From contig CM097885.1 of assembly GCA_044892525.1 (NCBI GenBank), forward strand, positions 147,064,001 through 147,128,000: a stretch of 64,000 nt of DNA, written 5' to 3'. Each line of letters opens with the position of its first letter. Positions within the stretch are counted from its first letter, which is position 1. Below, one piece after another: positions 63,737-64,000 of this stretch. The notes under the pieces are model-generated. The model did not search any database. It saw only the letters and a program-made list of their open reading frames with translations, and had not been told where the DNA came from. The translations under genes were made by a program, and so were the position numbers. This DNA comes from Schmidtea polychroa (taxonomy: Eukaryota).

Positions 63737-64000
63737 TAGTGATTCTCAACCTTTTTCATTGCGGCACACTTTTAACGATTTAAAATTTTGGGCACACAAA
63801 GAAAAAGAATAGTTTAAAAATTATTTACTTACCTATAACACACTGCGTAAAATAGTTTATGATAAAAATTTTAAATGTGCGAAATAAAATAATATGTACA
63901 AAAAAATAACAAAACGTTTATTAAGGAATAATTACAAGTTCATAATAAGAATACTTTTAATGCGAAATTTGAGCTTGATGTTTTTTGATAATTTCTTCTA
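63737..64000 (+). mobile_element. hAT-type MITE, 5' part
   Basis: TAGTGATTCTCAACCTTTT...GCGGCACAC start; a similar CAGTCGTTCTCAAAC start lies at 57905 and CAGTGGTTGCCAAAC at 2711. Confidence 0.55.

Noticed and set aside
1-64000. Prokaryotic/phage origin, rRNA or tRNA genes
   Set aside because: Spliceosomal introns, eukaryotic TE superfamilies and microsatellites; no rRNA- or cloverleaf-like sequence seen by eye.

Overview
Very AT-rich, gapped eukaryotic (probably animal) scaffold made mostly of mobile-element DNA. No rRNA, tRNA or CRISPR array is visible. The centrepiece is a Polinton/Maverick (polintovirus-like) element at 11673-19512. It has AGTAG...CTACT termini, ~450-500 bp TIRs and an exact 6-bp target duplication (GAAGTT). 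Besides the expected packaging ATPase, retroviral-type integrase, basic core-like protein and degenerate protein-primed PolB, it encodes its own divergent TATA-binding-protein (TBP) homologue and small genes with spliceosomal introns. A second, diverged and decayed member of the family at ~38225-41985 keeps the order spliced gene-TBP-ATPase and adds major-capsid-protein remnants, so the TBP looks like a stable gene of a capsid-encoding virus-like lineage. The right end (54.3-64 kb) holds a BEL/Pao-type retroelement with a ubiquitin-like domain at the N-terminus of Gag and LTR-like ends that carry ORFs. It belongs to a four-member family of cassettes marked by a conserved GC-rich hairpin. The rest comprises hAT transposons (one near-intact with an 8-bp TSD), an internally deleted Ty3/Gypsy element, piggyBac, Helitron and mariner remnants, MITEs, microsatellites and one probable host exon. 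All family assignments come from motif recognition by eye; no database search was run.
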